Shown piece by piece: positions 48,130 to 59,186 of a stretch of DNA of 59,186 nucleotides. This stretch comes from Aplysia californica (taxonomy: Eukaryota), in assembly GCF_000002075.1 (NCBI RefSeq), contig NW_004797702.1, positions 560,468 through 619,653 on the forward strand, read 5' to 3'. Each line of letters opens with the position of its first letter. The stretch's first letter is position 1. Made by a program: the position numbers and the translations under genes. The notes beneath the pieces are model-generated. The model was not told where the DNA came from. It saw only the letters and a list, made by a program, of their open reading frames with translations, and ran no database searches.

Positions 48130-49310
48130 TGATGGGTTTGAACGAGGTGAGGAGACTGATAGCAGCAGCGCTTGGCCTTGAGGATGCCTACTATGGGGTT
48201 GAGTATGATGTCCTTTTGAGAACAATGATCAGCCTGCTCGTGATATGGGTAGGTGAGGCACTGCTGAAGAGGAGAGTTGCAATGCGACTGGGAAACTGGA
48301 CTTTTGACATAAGAAGCATCCCACCAGTGTTGCTGCAGGGGTCAGTACTCGCACCAGTGTTATTCAACATATACACTGGAATCACTTCAGGATAACTGGA
48401 ACGCCCAGGGTGTGTGCTGAGCTTTGTGGATGATGTCCTTGTATACAGTCAGGGGGAGGACCAGCAAGAAACAGCTAACACAGTGCAACAGGAGCTGGAT
48501 CGAATTGGGCAATGGTGTGTCGGCCACAACGGCAAACTCCAAACTGACACGGCCTATTTGCTGTGGTGCTCACTGAATAATCACGCAGTGAAAGCAGAGA
48601 TGCCCAGTCACCATCAACAGCAGGGTCCTGAAGCATGCTGCATGAGCACTCACTGAGGTATCTAGATATTACTTTCAATATATCACTCCCTAGGAACGAT
48701 CACGTAACCACGATCAACACAAAAGTCATTAAAGGTCTGATTGCATTGAAAACCATGGCGTGTTTTAACAGAATGCCACAGAGAATTTTAGCCACACTGA
48801 GCCAGACTCTTGTGCTGTCGGTGATAGACTATGGCCTCTGTCTCTTCACCATGTCAACATCGCAGCAGAAACACTTTGAAAGAATTCATAATGAAAGTAT
48901 GCAGACACATCCTGCAAGGCTATGCGCCATCTCCTGGACCTCTCACACATGGTAGAACGCCACAAGACAGCTTAGGTGAAAGTGTAATTGAGAGTCAGCG
49001 CCGATAATCAGCACCTAATGAATGACAAAGTGGGAAGAACTGTACGCACATGTCTGCTTAGAGGGACAGAATGGATGAAAGAGGAAAAGATTTTTGCAAA
49101 ATTCTGTGAAGTGCAAGACATCTGAAAGGGCAGCCAAAGGGTCAGTGTCACTGACACGCTTAGGCAGTATACTCGAGTAGTAGTAACCTTAGGCAGATAA
49201 TGTCATGAGTGGCCAGAAGGGGCAGCGAATGCCGAGGTACAGACGCTGAAAGAGAAGAACAATGAACATAATATATGGATCAGTACAGCATGGGGTAAAC
49301 TCTGGATGTC
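48130..49310 (+). mobile_element. decayed non-LTR retrotransposon RT fragment
   Basis: LEDAY, QGSVLAPVLFNIY, FVDD (YADD-like), LRYLDITF and VIDYG motifs spread over broken frames. Confidence 0.85.
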
Positions 49311-49937
49311 CAATTACAATTGTTTTTCACACTGGCCTCAGTGTTACTGACATTAACATGATGAAAACAAATATTTACCCTGTATTGTCTCAGACTCAGA
49401 GCAAAGAACAAGGAGCTTGATCTACAGTCACTGAGTCGCAATGAAAGTGGTTTTCAAAATCCAATAAAATTTAACTTTTCTGGCCAAAACAAGATTTAAG
49501 AGCCAACTAAGAGAAGGACAGGACAGCTAAAATAACAGCAGAGCAAGGATCACGACTTATCTTCACAAAACACACCAAAACACAGCCTCAATAATAATCT
49601 TCAAGCATTTCGAATACCCAACAATCACTTTCAGTGTTTTTGGTGTCCTATTTGGGAAAAAGCAAATGGCAACCACCAAAGCATTTTGTTGGTTTTTGTC
49701 AGTTCGTATACTCTTCCTAGATTTGCTGAACTAAACAATTTCCCATGACAATTTTGGCCTGTTGGAGATGTTTGGTTGGAAATGGCTGACCAGGGCAGAA
49801 AAAAGTCGGTTGGAGTCAAAATTTAAAAAATTCTGGAAAATTGCCACAACACTTGACTTACAAGTCCGCATAGTAATAGAGCGGAACTTATCAAAAGGCA
49901 ACTGTGGAGATTTTGTAACTTTCCATCTTAGATCAGG

Positions 49938-50357
49938 CGATCAAATTGACCAAAACAAAGTTAAAAAATGATGTTAAAACACAAAAGTAAATTAAATTGG
50001 TTGTCTACAAAGATGCTACGACTATTTAACTTTTCGAATCGAGCCGAACTACGCGGGTCGCCATTTAGTTTTGCCCGGAAGTTCTCGCGCTACTCCTCTC
50101 TCTCTTTCTCTCTCTCTCTCTCCACTGTCCACAGACAAAATTGTACGCTTTTAGTAGGCTACAGTTGTAATAGAACGTTTGTTCACGGCACAGATTTCTC
50201 CAATTTTTCTGTTATCACAGTGTAGAATTCTGTGGTTTAGGGTGAACGCAAAATTTGTTGGCCTAGATCTAGGCTATAATGGTGAATGCGCACCGGGTGA
50301 GAATAGCCAAAAGACTCGCCTGCACTATTCTCACCCCGGTTGAGAATAGAGGTGGCC
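49938..50357 (+). mobile_element. family F partial copy
   Basis: colinear with the 3' part of 51465-52222 but without the nested MITE; ends gtgagaatagaggtggcc. Confidence 0.8.
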
Positions 50358-51464
50358 TACACACATACCAGCCACTCCATTCGTAATTATTATCAACAAA
50401 CCTCGAGAATGGAAACCGTTCAGAGAAATAGAGTTAAAGTTTATTTTCACGAACGTACGGAGAAATAGAGCCGGCCTATCATATTAAGGAATACTGAAAT
50501 TTCCCATTGTTGTGCTTCCCGGTCGAAGTAGGTCAGCCCTATATATATATATATATATATATAGATATATAGGCCTGCGCGCTTCCAGGCCCAGGGTTAA
50601 CTCACTTCAGACGGTTCACACAACAGTTGCGTGACCCCCGCCGCGACGCTCGCAACGGGTCTCACAAGCCCTGCGTGACCAACTTTGGAATTTTTTTTCC
50701 GCTCTACAAATCACGCACGGATCGCGAGACCCGCCTCGTACCCTTGTTTGGCCAAGCCTGAGCTACTTAGACTTCGTTTCGTATCTCTGGGGCCAGTAGT
50801 TTTAAAGTTATTGAAGGTGAAGGACAGTGACCCCAACTGGGGTTGAACAGACCGGAACTCGCGCTTTGTTTTTTTCTATACGGCTGATAGTAATCCGACA
50901 GTCGCGTCGTAGAAACGGTCGAAGAAGTCGCATATGAATAAGAACCACATAACTTCGCCGTTTTCTATACTTCTGTACGTTTTACTAGTTCTAGTGTCTC
51001 AGAATATGATGTGTCTAATAGTTAGGATCCTGGATATGTACCCGAACACGGCCCGAGTCGTAGTTCTAGGGCTAGATCTAGCACTAGTACCGGTGTTGTT
51101 TTTCGCGCAACGAAATAACAACGTCGTGCCGTACATCTGTCTCATGTAATTCAGTGTATGGATCTGAATCAATGCACAGACCAGCTTTTATATTTTCACC
51201 AAACACTCGCACGTGTATACAAATCAAACCAGAACACTTTGAACTTTTATTTTTGTTGTTGTAGTGAATTTCATTCTACTTGTCACGTCTCTGGAAATTT
51301 TTCCGAAAATCAAATTCATGACAATTTTTAAAAAATCATACAAATTAAAGTATTAGACTTAGACAACTTTAGTTTTTTGTATTAGATTAAGCTTGAATGT
51401 TACTTTACTGTGTCAAAAAATACTTACAATAGGGTAATTCTGAGAGTTGTGGTGATTTATTGAA

Positions 51465-52222
51465 GAAAAAGTGGCTATTCTCACTCGCCGGAAGTTCTCG
51501 CAAGATCTACTCCTCCCCTCTTCTCTCTCTCTCTCTGTCTCTTTCTGAATACTGTCTATCGGTGTGGACGATCAAATTGATCAAAACAAAGTTTAAAAAT
51601 GATGTTAAAACACAAAAGTAAATTAATTTGGTTGTCTACAAAGATGCTACGGCTACTTAACTTTTCGAATCGAGCCGAACTACGCGGGCCGCCATTTTGT
51701 TTTGTTCTCTCTTTCTCTCTCCACTGCCCACAGACAAAATTGTACGCTTTTAGTAGGCTACAGTTGTAATGGAACGTTTGTTCACAGCACAGAATTCTAC
51801 AATTTTTCTGTTATCACAGTGTAGAATTCTGTGGTTTAGGGTGAACGCAAAATTTGTTGGCCTAGATCTAGGCTATAACGGTGAACGCGCACCGGGTGAG
51901 AATAGCCAAAAGACTCGCCTGCACTATTCTCGGTGCTTTTTCGGTAGTTCCCACCCCCCTTATTTGAGCCTGACCTACATCTAGATCTAGATATTCGCGG
52001 TGAGCTAAGATATCAAACCTAACAACTGCAAAACATTAAATTATGGTAAAATTCAGGGGGGCATGCCCCCCTGAAACTCCCCTTCCTATTTTTATTAGGT
52101 CAGGGGGGCAAGCCCCCCTGAAACCCCCCTACTCTTGTGGCCCAAACCCGTGAATAAAATTGCGGGGTGGGAACTACGGAAAAAGCGCCCTATTCTCACC
52201 CCGGGTGAGAATAGAGGTGGCC
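51465..52222 (+). mobile_element. 9-bp-TSD element (family F, Mutator-like by TSD) with GTGAGAATA palindromes
   Basis: TSD tttattgaa (51456-51464 / 52223-52231); ends gaaaaagtggc ... gtggcc. Confidence 0.85.
51932..52189. mobile_element. Merlin-like MITE nested in family F
   Basis: 26-bp TIR ggtgctttttcggtagttcccacccc; 8-bp TSD ctattctc. Confidence 0.88.
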
Positions 52223-52440
52223 TTTATTGAAATACCCCTCAAAATGCCAGTCTTCAACGCTTGTGACTGGTGAAAGGGCCCACTTGTGTTGTAGTGTGCG
52301 ATTTGAAGTCTAGCAGGTTTTATGGCTTTTATTATAATGTGAAGTCAGTGAAGTGGAGGGCCGTACACATGATAGCCTCAATGCTCAAGAAGCCTGTAAA
52401 AGATCAAGTCTACGAGTACATGAACATTTGATTTTCTAAT

Positions 52441-52938
52441 GGCCACCTCTATTCTCACCCGGAGTGAGAATAGTGCAGGCGAGCCTTGTGGCTATTCTCA
52501 CCCGGCGCGCGTTTACCAAATTTTGCGTTCACCCTAAACCACAGAATTCTACACTGTGGTGATAACAGAAAAATTGGAGAATTCTGTGCCGTGAACAAAC
52601 GTTCCATTACAACTGTAGCCTACTAAAAGCGTACAATTTTGTCTGTGGGCAGTGGAGAGAGAGAGAGAAAGAGAGAGAGGAGTAGCGCGAGAATTTCCGG
52701 GCAAAACAAAATGGCGACCCGCGTAGTTCGGCTCGATTCGAAAAGTTAAATAGCCGAAGCATCTTTGTAGACAACCAAATTCATTTACTTTTGTGTTTTA
52801 ACATCATTTTTTAACTTTGTTTTGGTCAATTTGATCGTCGACACCGATAGACAGTATTCAGAAAGAGACAGAGAGAGAGAGAAGAGGGGAGGAGTTGATC
52901 TTGCGAGAACTTCCGGGCGGGTGAGAATAGCCACTTTC
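52441..52938 (-). mobile_element. family F copy (duplicate at 56926-57352)
   Basis: ggccac...gccactttc; 9-bp TSD ttttctaat is perfect in the duplicate (56917-56925 / 57353-57361). Confidence 0.85.
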
Positions 52939-53093
52939 TTTTCTACTAATAGTAGAATGATTTAACTTTGACAGGGACTAAGACAAAAGTAAGAAGAGAC
53001 AGGAATTGAAGTTGAAGTATGAAGACGTTGAAGAAAGATAATAGAAGAGAGACAGTCAATAATAGCAGTAGGCCTACTAAACTAAGAGTCACG

Positions 53094-53172
53094 ATCTAGA
53101 TCTAGATCTAGATCTAGATCTAGATCTATATATCTAGATCTAGAATCTAGATTAGATCTTATAGATCTAGAC
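53094..53172. repeat. (TCTAGA)n palindromic microsatellite
   Basis: tandem atctagatctag...; related clusters at 39-140 and 55676-55712. Confidence 0.85.
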
Positions 53173-53298
53173 TAAGACTGTACTGAGTTGTTACTGGGGA
53201 GGTAAATAATAATATTATTGAACAGTACAAGGCATCCAATCACTCCATATTTGTGTCCATAATCCCCGACTCGAAGCTGGACTTTATCAACAACTTAC

Positions 53299-53480
53299 GG
53301 GGAAAAGTAAGCAGCTGATTCTTCAGCCTGATACGCTCCACAAGAACAGTTCAGCTGTGTGACTGTGTGTGTGTGTACAATTTTGACTCAGAATAATATG
53401 CCAGGTAAAACTAATGTGTAAAGACTACTGTGGCAAGTTGATCTGTAAGACCACTGTAGGTCTTCCTTCAGACATCAGGA
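53299..53480 (-). other. candidate non-coding first exon of PRRC1 (duplicated at ~57640-57815)
   Basis: Strong minus-strand donor gtaagt (acttac ending at 53298) in sequence not part of any TE I recognised, upstream of the PRRC1 acceptor; 5' end is a guess. Confidence 0.3.
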
Positions 53481-54025
53481 AAACGCATACATTGCTCAAG
53501 ATGGTTATTACATGCACATTACATTTCAAAAGAATTGAAGCTTTTCTTTTGAATTATACATTTTATTCGTGATAAAGAAGCTCTATACAAAGAATATTCA
53601 ACACATATTCTAAAAAGAACAGTTTGAGTTGGTCTTTTTTGTTTCTTTCCCAAAGAAACACCGAGTTGGCAATTCGATGACACCTCTTTCTACGTGGTTC
53701 TAATTTTTTTTTCTATTTTGTTTTCCCCTTACGAAAGCCATATATTTATTCAATATACTATTTTCAGGATTAATTCAATTGTAATAAACAAAAGCAAAGG
53801 TTGGTTTTGTATTATCACTTTCTCGAATTTGTCACTGTCCAACGAGATCTTGTCCACCATGTTTGTATGTCTTCGCGACCGACGACGCCACCGGGATGAG
53901 AGATGACGGAACTCAGTTACCAAGCCATACGAACGGCTAACCAAGCTCGAGAAGCTGTGCGTATCTACTTACAATTTGACATGACTTATCAATATTGCAA
54001 ACTTTAATTTTTTTATGCAGATCTA

Positions 54026-54285
54026 GGGTAAGATTGAAGAATACCGGACCAGCGGACTGGAACTACTGCTCTTGCCTATGTCTCAACCGTAGGTTAGGAA
54101 TTCATGATTTTTCCCCAGTTTTTAATATTCTTGGAGAATCTCGGACCGGTAGATCTATTCATTAACAATTTGTCCCCACCCCCCTGAACCCCCAACCCCC
54201 ACCCCTCTTTCCTCCAGCTCCCCCCCCCCCCCCCTCCATTCTCGCGCAATTATAATACGAGTGGTCCGTCATTCTTCAATCTTCC
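54026..54285. mobile_element. small TIR MITE
   Basis: aagattgaagaat..cggacca inverted at both ends; degenerate TSD. Confidence 0.65.
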
Positions 54286-54673
54286 CAGATAAAATCATGG
54301 ATAGGGTGAGAATAACAATAGTTACAATACAACGCCCTATACCTATACATACGTTTCGGGCATCATAGGACAACAAAAGTCGCCCGGATCCCTCTCTCAC
54401 TCTGCTGAGAGTGGGAGGCGAATAAAATCACCAACGGGCGGACCAGCTCTCGAGCGAGGGAGACGACTATTATATATTGTATTGTCGGTTTGGGGGAAAA
54501 TCTTATCTTTTGAGCAAATATAGCGTCAGCTTTTAATAGTTGCATATTGGTTCTGTAATGGAAAATTTTACTCCAATCAAAATCAAGAAAATAAATTTAT
54601 AAGCCGAGGGTCAAGGCACTGCATGTCTTCGTGGATTCTGTTAGGGATAATATGTGTGTTGTAAACAAATCCA

Positions 54674-55016
54674 GGTACTCTTCGGGAGAAGTGGTCCCGG
54701 CCTAACTCCCTAAGACATTTAGATCTATACATTATGCACACATCGGAAACAAAACCAGAAGTTGCCTTTCAAAAAAAAGGGGGTGGGGGGTCTCCCTCCT
54801 GCTAAATTCACAAAAAAATACTTTGTGGCAGTTTTTAGTGCCAAAATTGTTCTCAGCACACAAAAAAACCCCCGTTAGAGTAGTGCTGAAAATAGTCTCA
54901 AATAGGTTTGGCAGGCAACTCAGTTCAGGTTTTTTACTCGACTTCCGTTTTTGTTTCCGATTTTTTGTATAAATGTCTATTTAGTTAGGCTGCGACCCCT
55001 TCTCCCGAAGAGTGCC
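54674..55016. mobile_element. Merlin-like MITE
   Basis: ~33-bp TIR gg(t/c)actcttcgggagaag; perfect 8-bp TSD caaatcca; interior homologous to 2305-2440. Confidence 0.85.
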
Positions 55017-55822
55017 CAAATCCAATTCTAACATTGCAATAACATAACTATTACTAACATTATTTGATTAAACAGCTTCAGTTAAGGCTATTTTTTAAAA
55101 CATACTACTCTGGCAAGTAACTTCCTTTCTGAATTTAGAATATTATACACTTGTCTAGGGTTTTGGTGAAGATATGCGTGCATACTCTCAAGATTTTTAA
55201 AAATGAAACGCTAACATTCCCCATGGGAGCCAAAAAAAATCTGCAGCTCGGGGGCATGTCCCGAACGGTCACTGATCTTATATTTCAGTAATTATTTTCT
55301 ATCATCTTATTAGTATTAGCCTACATGTAGATCTATCCTACCTGTTCTCAACACCCAGGTAAGAATAAAAATCCATGGCATTCTCAATCTGGTTGAGAAT
55401 AATATATTCCGGGTGAGAATAAAATGGATATCGTATATTTTTATTTTCATCCCGGGTGAGAATAACGACAGCCTGTACTAAACTTAATAGTAGTACTCTA
55501 GTGTAGTGCCTGACCACGACCACAAACCACGAGTATATGTACTATGATACTTAACTGTCACACCATGGCCACAGTTCACAGTGCATCATTTTATACTACT
55601 ATGACTGAGTATAACATAACTAGATGATAAATTCTATGATCTATTAGTGTTCATGTTTGGCTTTAACTTTAAACTTTAGACTAGATCTAGATCAAGAATT
55701 TTAGATCTATAGTCTATATTATATAGTGTAATAGTCTATAGTGGACGTTTTCTTTTATCTTCTACTTCTTCAACTACATATAGATGTATTAAAATAAGGT
55801 CAATTTCAATATATAAGCCAAG

Positions 55823-56273
55823 GGAATAGTTCCGCAGAGGGCCGGCACTTACTGTGACAAGGTCCACAGAGCAAACTATACAAGAGTTGGTGCACTTATA
55901 GAATAAATCCAATTGATGACTTACATTTTAAATTTGTATATTATTTGCAAACTAGGCAAGCTACCTTTTTTTGAGCAAAGCACATTTGACAGCTCCAGTC
56001 AAGGACAAATTCGAGTCGGGTGGAATCCACCATTTTATACCTACCTTTTTCTGTCGACTATTGAGAATAACGGACTTCTGTTTTGGAGGGGGTGGGGGTG
56101 CAGCAGGTGGGTGCAAAACCAATAAAAAATACCAACAAAGGGGGGAGGTTTCTCTCATAGCCACTATATTTTCCAAAATACTGAACCCGGCTTTTTTGTA
56201 TATATCTCGCTCAAAATATGATCCCCTCTTTTGTGTGTTGTTGGTCGGCCCGCCCTCTGCGGAACTCTTTTCC
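55823..56273 (-). mobile_element. family H MITE, uninterrupted
   Basis: TIR agttccgcagaggg / ccctctgcggaact. Confidence 0.75.
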
Positions 56274-56624
56274 AATAGAAATATTAGAAAAAACATAAAA
56301 TACTCAATTATAAAGGAGATGGATCTTTATGTTTAGGCCCTATAATATTAGGCCTATTTAATAACAGAAATTTCTAGAATATGTGACTACTGCTACTGGA
56401 TTTAAGTTTTCTTGTTCACCTCCCTCACTTTTAAAATAAAAAAATACTTTCTTCAAAGTTTTGAAAATCGAAGTGTTAAATGTATGATGCTTTTTACTTT
56501 TTACATGATAACTAAACCCCCCCCNNNNNNNNNNNNNNNNNNNNNNNNNNNNNNNNNNNNNNNNNNNNNNNNNNNNNNNNNNNNNNNNNNNNNNNNNNNN
56601 NNNNNNNNNNNNNNNNNNNNNNNN

Positions 56625-59186
56625 GGGGTGGGAACTACCGAAAAAGCACCCTATTCTCACCCCGGGTGAGAATAGAGGTGGCCTTTATTGAAATACCCCT
56701 CAAAATGCCAGTCTTCAACGCTTGTGACTGGTGAAAGGGCCCAGTCGCAAGTGAGTTAAGTTTGTCCACTTTGTTGTAGTGTGCGATTTGAAGTCTAGCA
56801 GGTTTTATGGCTTTTATTATAATGTGAAGTCAGTGAAGTGGAGGGCCGTACACATGATAGCCTCAATGCTCAAGAAGCCAGTAAAAGATCAAGTCTACAA
56901 GTACATGAACATTTGATTTTCTAATGGCCACCAAATTTTGCGTTCACCCTAAACCACAGAATTCTACACTGTGATAACAGAAAAATTGTAGAATTCTGTG
57001 CCGTGAACAAACGTTCCATTACAACTGTAGCCTACTAAAAGCGTACAATTTTGTCTGTGGGCAGTGGAGAGAGAGAGAGAAAGAGAGAGAGGAGTAGCGC
57101 GAGAATTTTCGGGCAAAACAAAATGGCGACCCGCGTAGTTCAGCTCGATTCGAAAAGTTAAATAGCCGAAGCATCTTTGTAGACAACCAAATTAATTTAC
57201 TTTTGTGTTTTAACATCATTTTTTAACTTTGTTTTGGTCAATTTGATCATCGACACCGATAGACAGTATTCAGAAAGAGACAGAGAGAGAGAGAGAAGAG
57301 GGGAGGAGTTGATCTTGCGAGAACTTCCGGGCAGGTGAGAATAGCCACTTTCTTTTCTAATAGTAGAATGATTTAACTTTGACAGGGACTAAGACAAAAG
57401 TAAAAAGAGACAGGAATTGAAGTTGAAGTATGAAGACGATGAAGAAAGATAATAGAAGAGAGTAGAGAGACAGTCAATAATAGCAGTAGGCCTACTAAGA
57501 TCTAGAATCTAGACTTAGACTGTACTGAGTTGGTACTGGGGAGGTAAATAATAATATTATTGAACAGTACAAGGCATCCAATCACTCCATATTTGTGTCC
57601 ATAATCCCCGACTCGAAGCTGGACTTTATCAACAACTTACGGGGAAAAGTAAGCAGCTGATTCTTCAGCCTGATACGCTCCACAAGAACAGTTCAGCTGT
57701 GTGTGTGTGTACAATTTTGACTCAGAATAATATGCCAGGTAAAACTAATGTGTAAAGACTACTGTGGCAAGTTGATCTGTAAGACCACTGTAGGTCTTCC
57801 TTCAGACATCAGGAAAACGCATACATTGCTCAAGATGGTTATTACATGCACATTACATTTCAAAAGAATTGAAGCTTTTCTTCTGAATCTTTTGAATTAT
57901 ACATTTTATTCGTGATAAAGAAGCTCTATACAAAGAATATTCAACACATATTCTAAAAAGTACAGTTTGAGTTGGTCTTTTTTGTTTCTTTCCCAAAGAA
58001 ACACCGAGTTGGCAATTCGATGACACCTCTTTCTACGTGGTTCTAATTTTTTTCTTTCTATTTTGTTTTCCCCTTACGAAAGCCATATATTTATTCAATA
58101 TACTATTTTCAGGATTAATTCAATTGTAATAAACAAAAGCAAAGGTTGGTTTTGTATTATCACTTTCTCGAATTTGTCACTGTCCAACGAGATCTTGTCC
58201 ACCATGTTTGTATGTCTTCGCGACCGACGACGCCACCGGGATGAGAGATGACGGAACTCAGTTACCAAGCCATACGAACGGCTAACCAAGCTCGAGAAGC
58301 TGTGCGTATCTACTTACAATTTGACATGACTTATCAATATTGCAAGCTTTAATTTTTTTATGCAGATCTAGGGTAAGATTGAAGAATACCAGACCAGCGG
58401 ACTGGAACTACTACTCTTGCCTATGTCTCAACCGTAGGTTAGGAATTCATGATTTTTCCCCAGTTTTTAATATTCTTGGAGAATCTCGGACCGGTAGATC
58501 TATTCATTAACAATTTGTCCCCACCCCCCTGACCCCCCACCCCCACCCCTCTTTCCTCCAATCTCTCCCCCCCCCCCCCTCCATTCTCGCGCAATTATAA
58601 TACGAGTGGTCCGGCATTCTTCAATCTTCCCAGATAAAATCATGGATAGGGTGAGAATAACAATACAACGCCCTATACATACGTTTCGGGCATCATAGGA
58701 CCCGGCCCCCCACTAAGCGCTCCAGGCAACAAAAGTCGCCCGGATCCCTCTCTCACTCTGCTGAGAGTGGGAGGCGAATAAAATCACCAACGGGCGGACC
58801 AGCTCTCGGGCGAGGGAGACGACTATTATATTGTATTGTCGGTTTGGGGGAAAACCTTATCTTTTGAGCAAATATAGCGTCAGCTTTTAATAGTTGCATA
58901 TTGGTTCTGTAATGGAAAATTTTACTCCAATCAAAATCAAGAAAATAAATTTATAAGCCGAGGGTCAAGGCACTGCATGTCTCCGTGGATTCTGTTAGGG
59001 ATAATATGTGTGTGTGTAAAAAAAAAACCCGGGACCCCTTCCGGGAGAAAGGGGCCCCGGGCCTAACCCCCCCAAGAACATTTAAAAATTTTTTTTTTAT
59101 ACCCCCCCCCTGGAAAAAAAAACCCAAAAATTCTCCTTTCTAAAAAAAAAAGGGGGTGGGGGGGCCCCCCCTCCCCCCAAAATTTC
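56625..59186 (+). repeat. near-identical duplicate of ~52164-54810 after a 100-N gap (probable alternate haplotype)
   Basis: colinear with small indels; the last ~170 nt decay into homopolymer-rich, low-quality-looking sequence. Confidence 0.85.

Larger units (their letters stand above)
50601..52283 (+). mobile_element. family E piggyBac-type copy interrupted by nested insertions; right TIR deleted here but intact in the duplicate (ends ~56755)
   Basis: TTAA at 50597-50600; colinear with 14410-15334 apart from the insert at 51465-52222. Confidence 0.88.

Noticed and set aside
53750-53944. ORF ...MVDKISLDSDKFEK as an alternative first coding exon of PRRC1 (duplicated at 58095-58289)
   Set aside because: Weak donor; joining to 47972 is out of frame, and the PRRC1 frame has stops just upstream of its ATG
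59015-59186. Unusual homopolymer-rich terminal sequence
   Set aside because: Degraded version of 54660-54810, typical of a low-quality read end

Overview
Eukaryotic (invertebrate animal; a mollusc/lophotrochozoan is only a guess) draft-assembly window with five N-gaps. It holds two intron-rich genes that I could splice by hand. POLG (mitochondrial DNA polymerase gamma catalytic subunit) is on + with 23 coding exons at 3380-30179, about 1125 aa, all Exo I-III and Pol A-C motifs intact. PRRC1 is on - with 9 coding exons at 47938-37942, about 355 aa; the two genes converge tail-to-tail. Introns and intergenic DNA are dense in transposons: two decayed non-LTR retrotransposons, tRNA-derived SINEs, a ~180-bp retroposon sharing the SINE 3' tail, a truncated piggyBac transposase with a repeat-encoded acidic tail, and many MITEs (hAT-, pogo/Tc1-, piggyBac-, Merlin- and Mutator-like). 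Most notable is transposon DNA sitting exactly on host splice sites: a SINE tail whose target-site duplication duplicates the POLG acceptor and could add uORFs, and a DNA-element end that forms a PRRC1 donor. Also notable are a GC-AG intron and a 27-nt microexon in POLG, telomere-type repeats replacing the inside of a MITE, and a triple-nested transposon stack. The last ~2.6 kb duplicates 52.2-54.8 kb and is probably a second haplotype. All calls are by eye; TE superfamily names are inferred from TSD/TIR rules only.
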